Positions 63,613 to 64,000 of a stretch of 64,000 nt of DNA are shown here, in pieces. The stretch's first letter is position 1. Each line of letters starts with the position of its first letter. Made by a program: the position numbers and the translations under genes. The stretch spans positions 275,449 to 339,448 of the forward strand of contig CAVZLN010000004.1 in the NCBI GenBank assembly GCA_963776245.1, in the 5' to 3' direction. The notes beneath the pieces are model-generated. The model worked only from the letters and a program-made list of their open reading frames with translations, was not told the origin of the DNA and did no database searches. The stretch comes from Candidatus Eiseniibacteriota bacterium (lineage in GTDB: Bacteria > Eisenbacteria > RBG-16-71-46).

Positions 63613-63713
63613 GCGCCCGCGGCATGACTGGCGCAGAGGTGACAAGGCCTTGCCCATCTCGCAGCCACGCCGAGCAGCGGTCTACTGGACCGCGTGCCGA
63701 TGTGCGTGCCGAT

Positions 63714-63756
63714 GTGATTTGCGCGCCTAGCAGAGTGCGCTACCTTCTTGCGCCAC
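63714..63756 (+). promoter_or_regulatory. promoter of tRNA-Arg, homologous to 59715-59757 and 60997-61039
   Basis: TTGCGC-N16-TACCTT with GTGCGC before the -10; aligns without gaps to the other two copies. Confidence 0.6.
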
Positions 63757-63833
63757 GGCCCCGTAGCTCAGACGGATAGAGCAGCGGTTTCCTAAACCGC
63801 GTGCCGCTGGTTCGACTCCAGCCGGGGCCACCA
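63757..63833 (+). tRNA. tRNA-Arg (CCT)
   Basis: GGCCCCG/CGGGGCC acceptor, GCGGT-TTCCTAA-ACCGC anticodon arm, GGTTCGACTCC, CCA. Confidence 0.97.
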
Positions 63834-64000
63834 CCTACCAAGGGTTTACGAAGGCGCTCGCAGACTGCGTAGGCTTCCCCGTCAAGCGACGGTTCGAAGC
63901 TCGACTCCCGGGACTGGTTCGCCCTCGGCAGGAACGATCGCCGCGACCGCGACCTTCTCGACCCCCATGCCGAGGTGCGCTTCCCGCCCGACCGCGGCGA

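Larger units (their letters stand above)
61079..63795 (+). mobile_element. putative tRNA-Arg-targeted cassette 3 (2717 bp) supplying the 5' half of the intact tRNA
   Basis: Full left arm 61079-61230, kinase cargo, homologous promoter before the tRNA. Confidence 0.7.

Noticed and set aside
58531..63833. CRISPR array or classical integron
   Set aside because: Units are kb-sized, with no cas or intI gene and no evident attC RYYYAAC/GTTRRRY boxes; the repeats are tRNA-derived.
63834..64000. Start of another island at the tRNA 3' end
   Set aside because: No 3' tRNA duplicate or integrase is visible before the window ends.

Overview
High-GC bacterial chromosomal window. The gene content resembles Candidatus Eisenbacteria or related lineages (inference from many Hanks kinase-TPR/TolB proteins and secreted proteins with FlgD/T9SS-like C-termini). 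1-5 kb: housekeeping block merR, tRNA-Pro(GGG), GT2, surE, pcm, tRNA-Pro(CGG), acyP, rpoS-like sigma, apt. 5-36 kb: metabolic, signalling and secreted-protein genes, including novel repeat proteins. 36.6-47.6 kb: MacA/MacB-like transporter, Ser/Thr kinase, Sfp-type PPTase and a Pls/PosA-like NRPS, all broken by frameshifts that are probably long-read consensus errors. 47.8-58.5 kb: accessory redox, detox and transport genes. The most striking signal is at 58.5-63.8 kb, upstream of an intact tRNA-Arg(CCT): a tandem array of three integrase-free, single-gene cassettes. Each complete junction consists of a homologous promoter, the 39-nt 5' half of tRNA-Arg cut exactly after the anticodon loop, and a conserved ~150-bp arm with a hairpin and direct repeats. 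Each cassette also carries a second attB-like palindrome (GCGGT-N7-ACCGC) with a different 7-bp spacer. This looks like an integron-like, tRNA-anchored gene-cassette system mobilised in trans.
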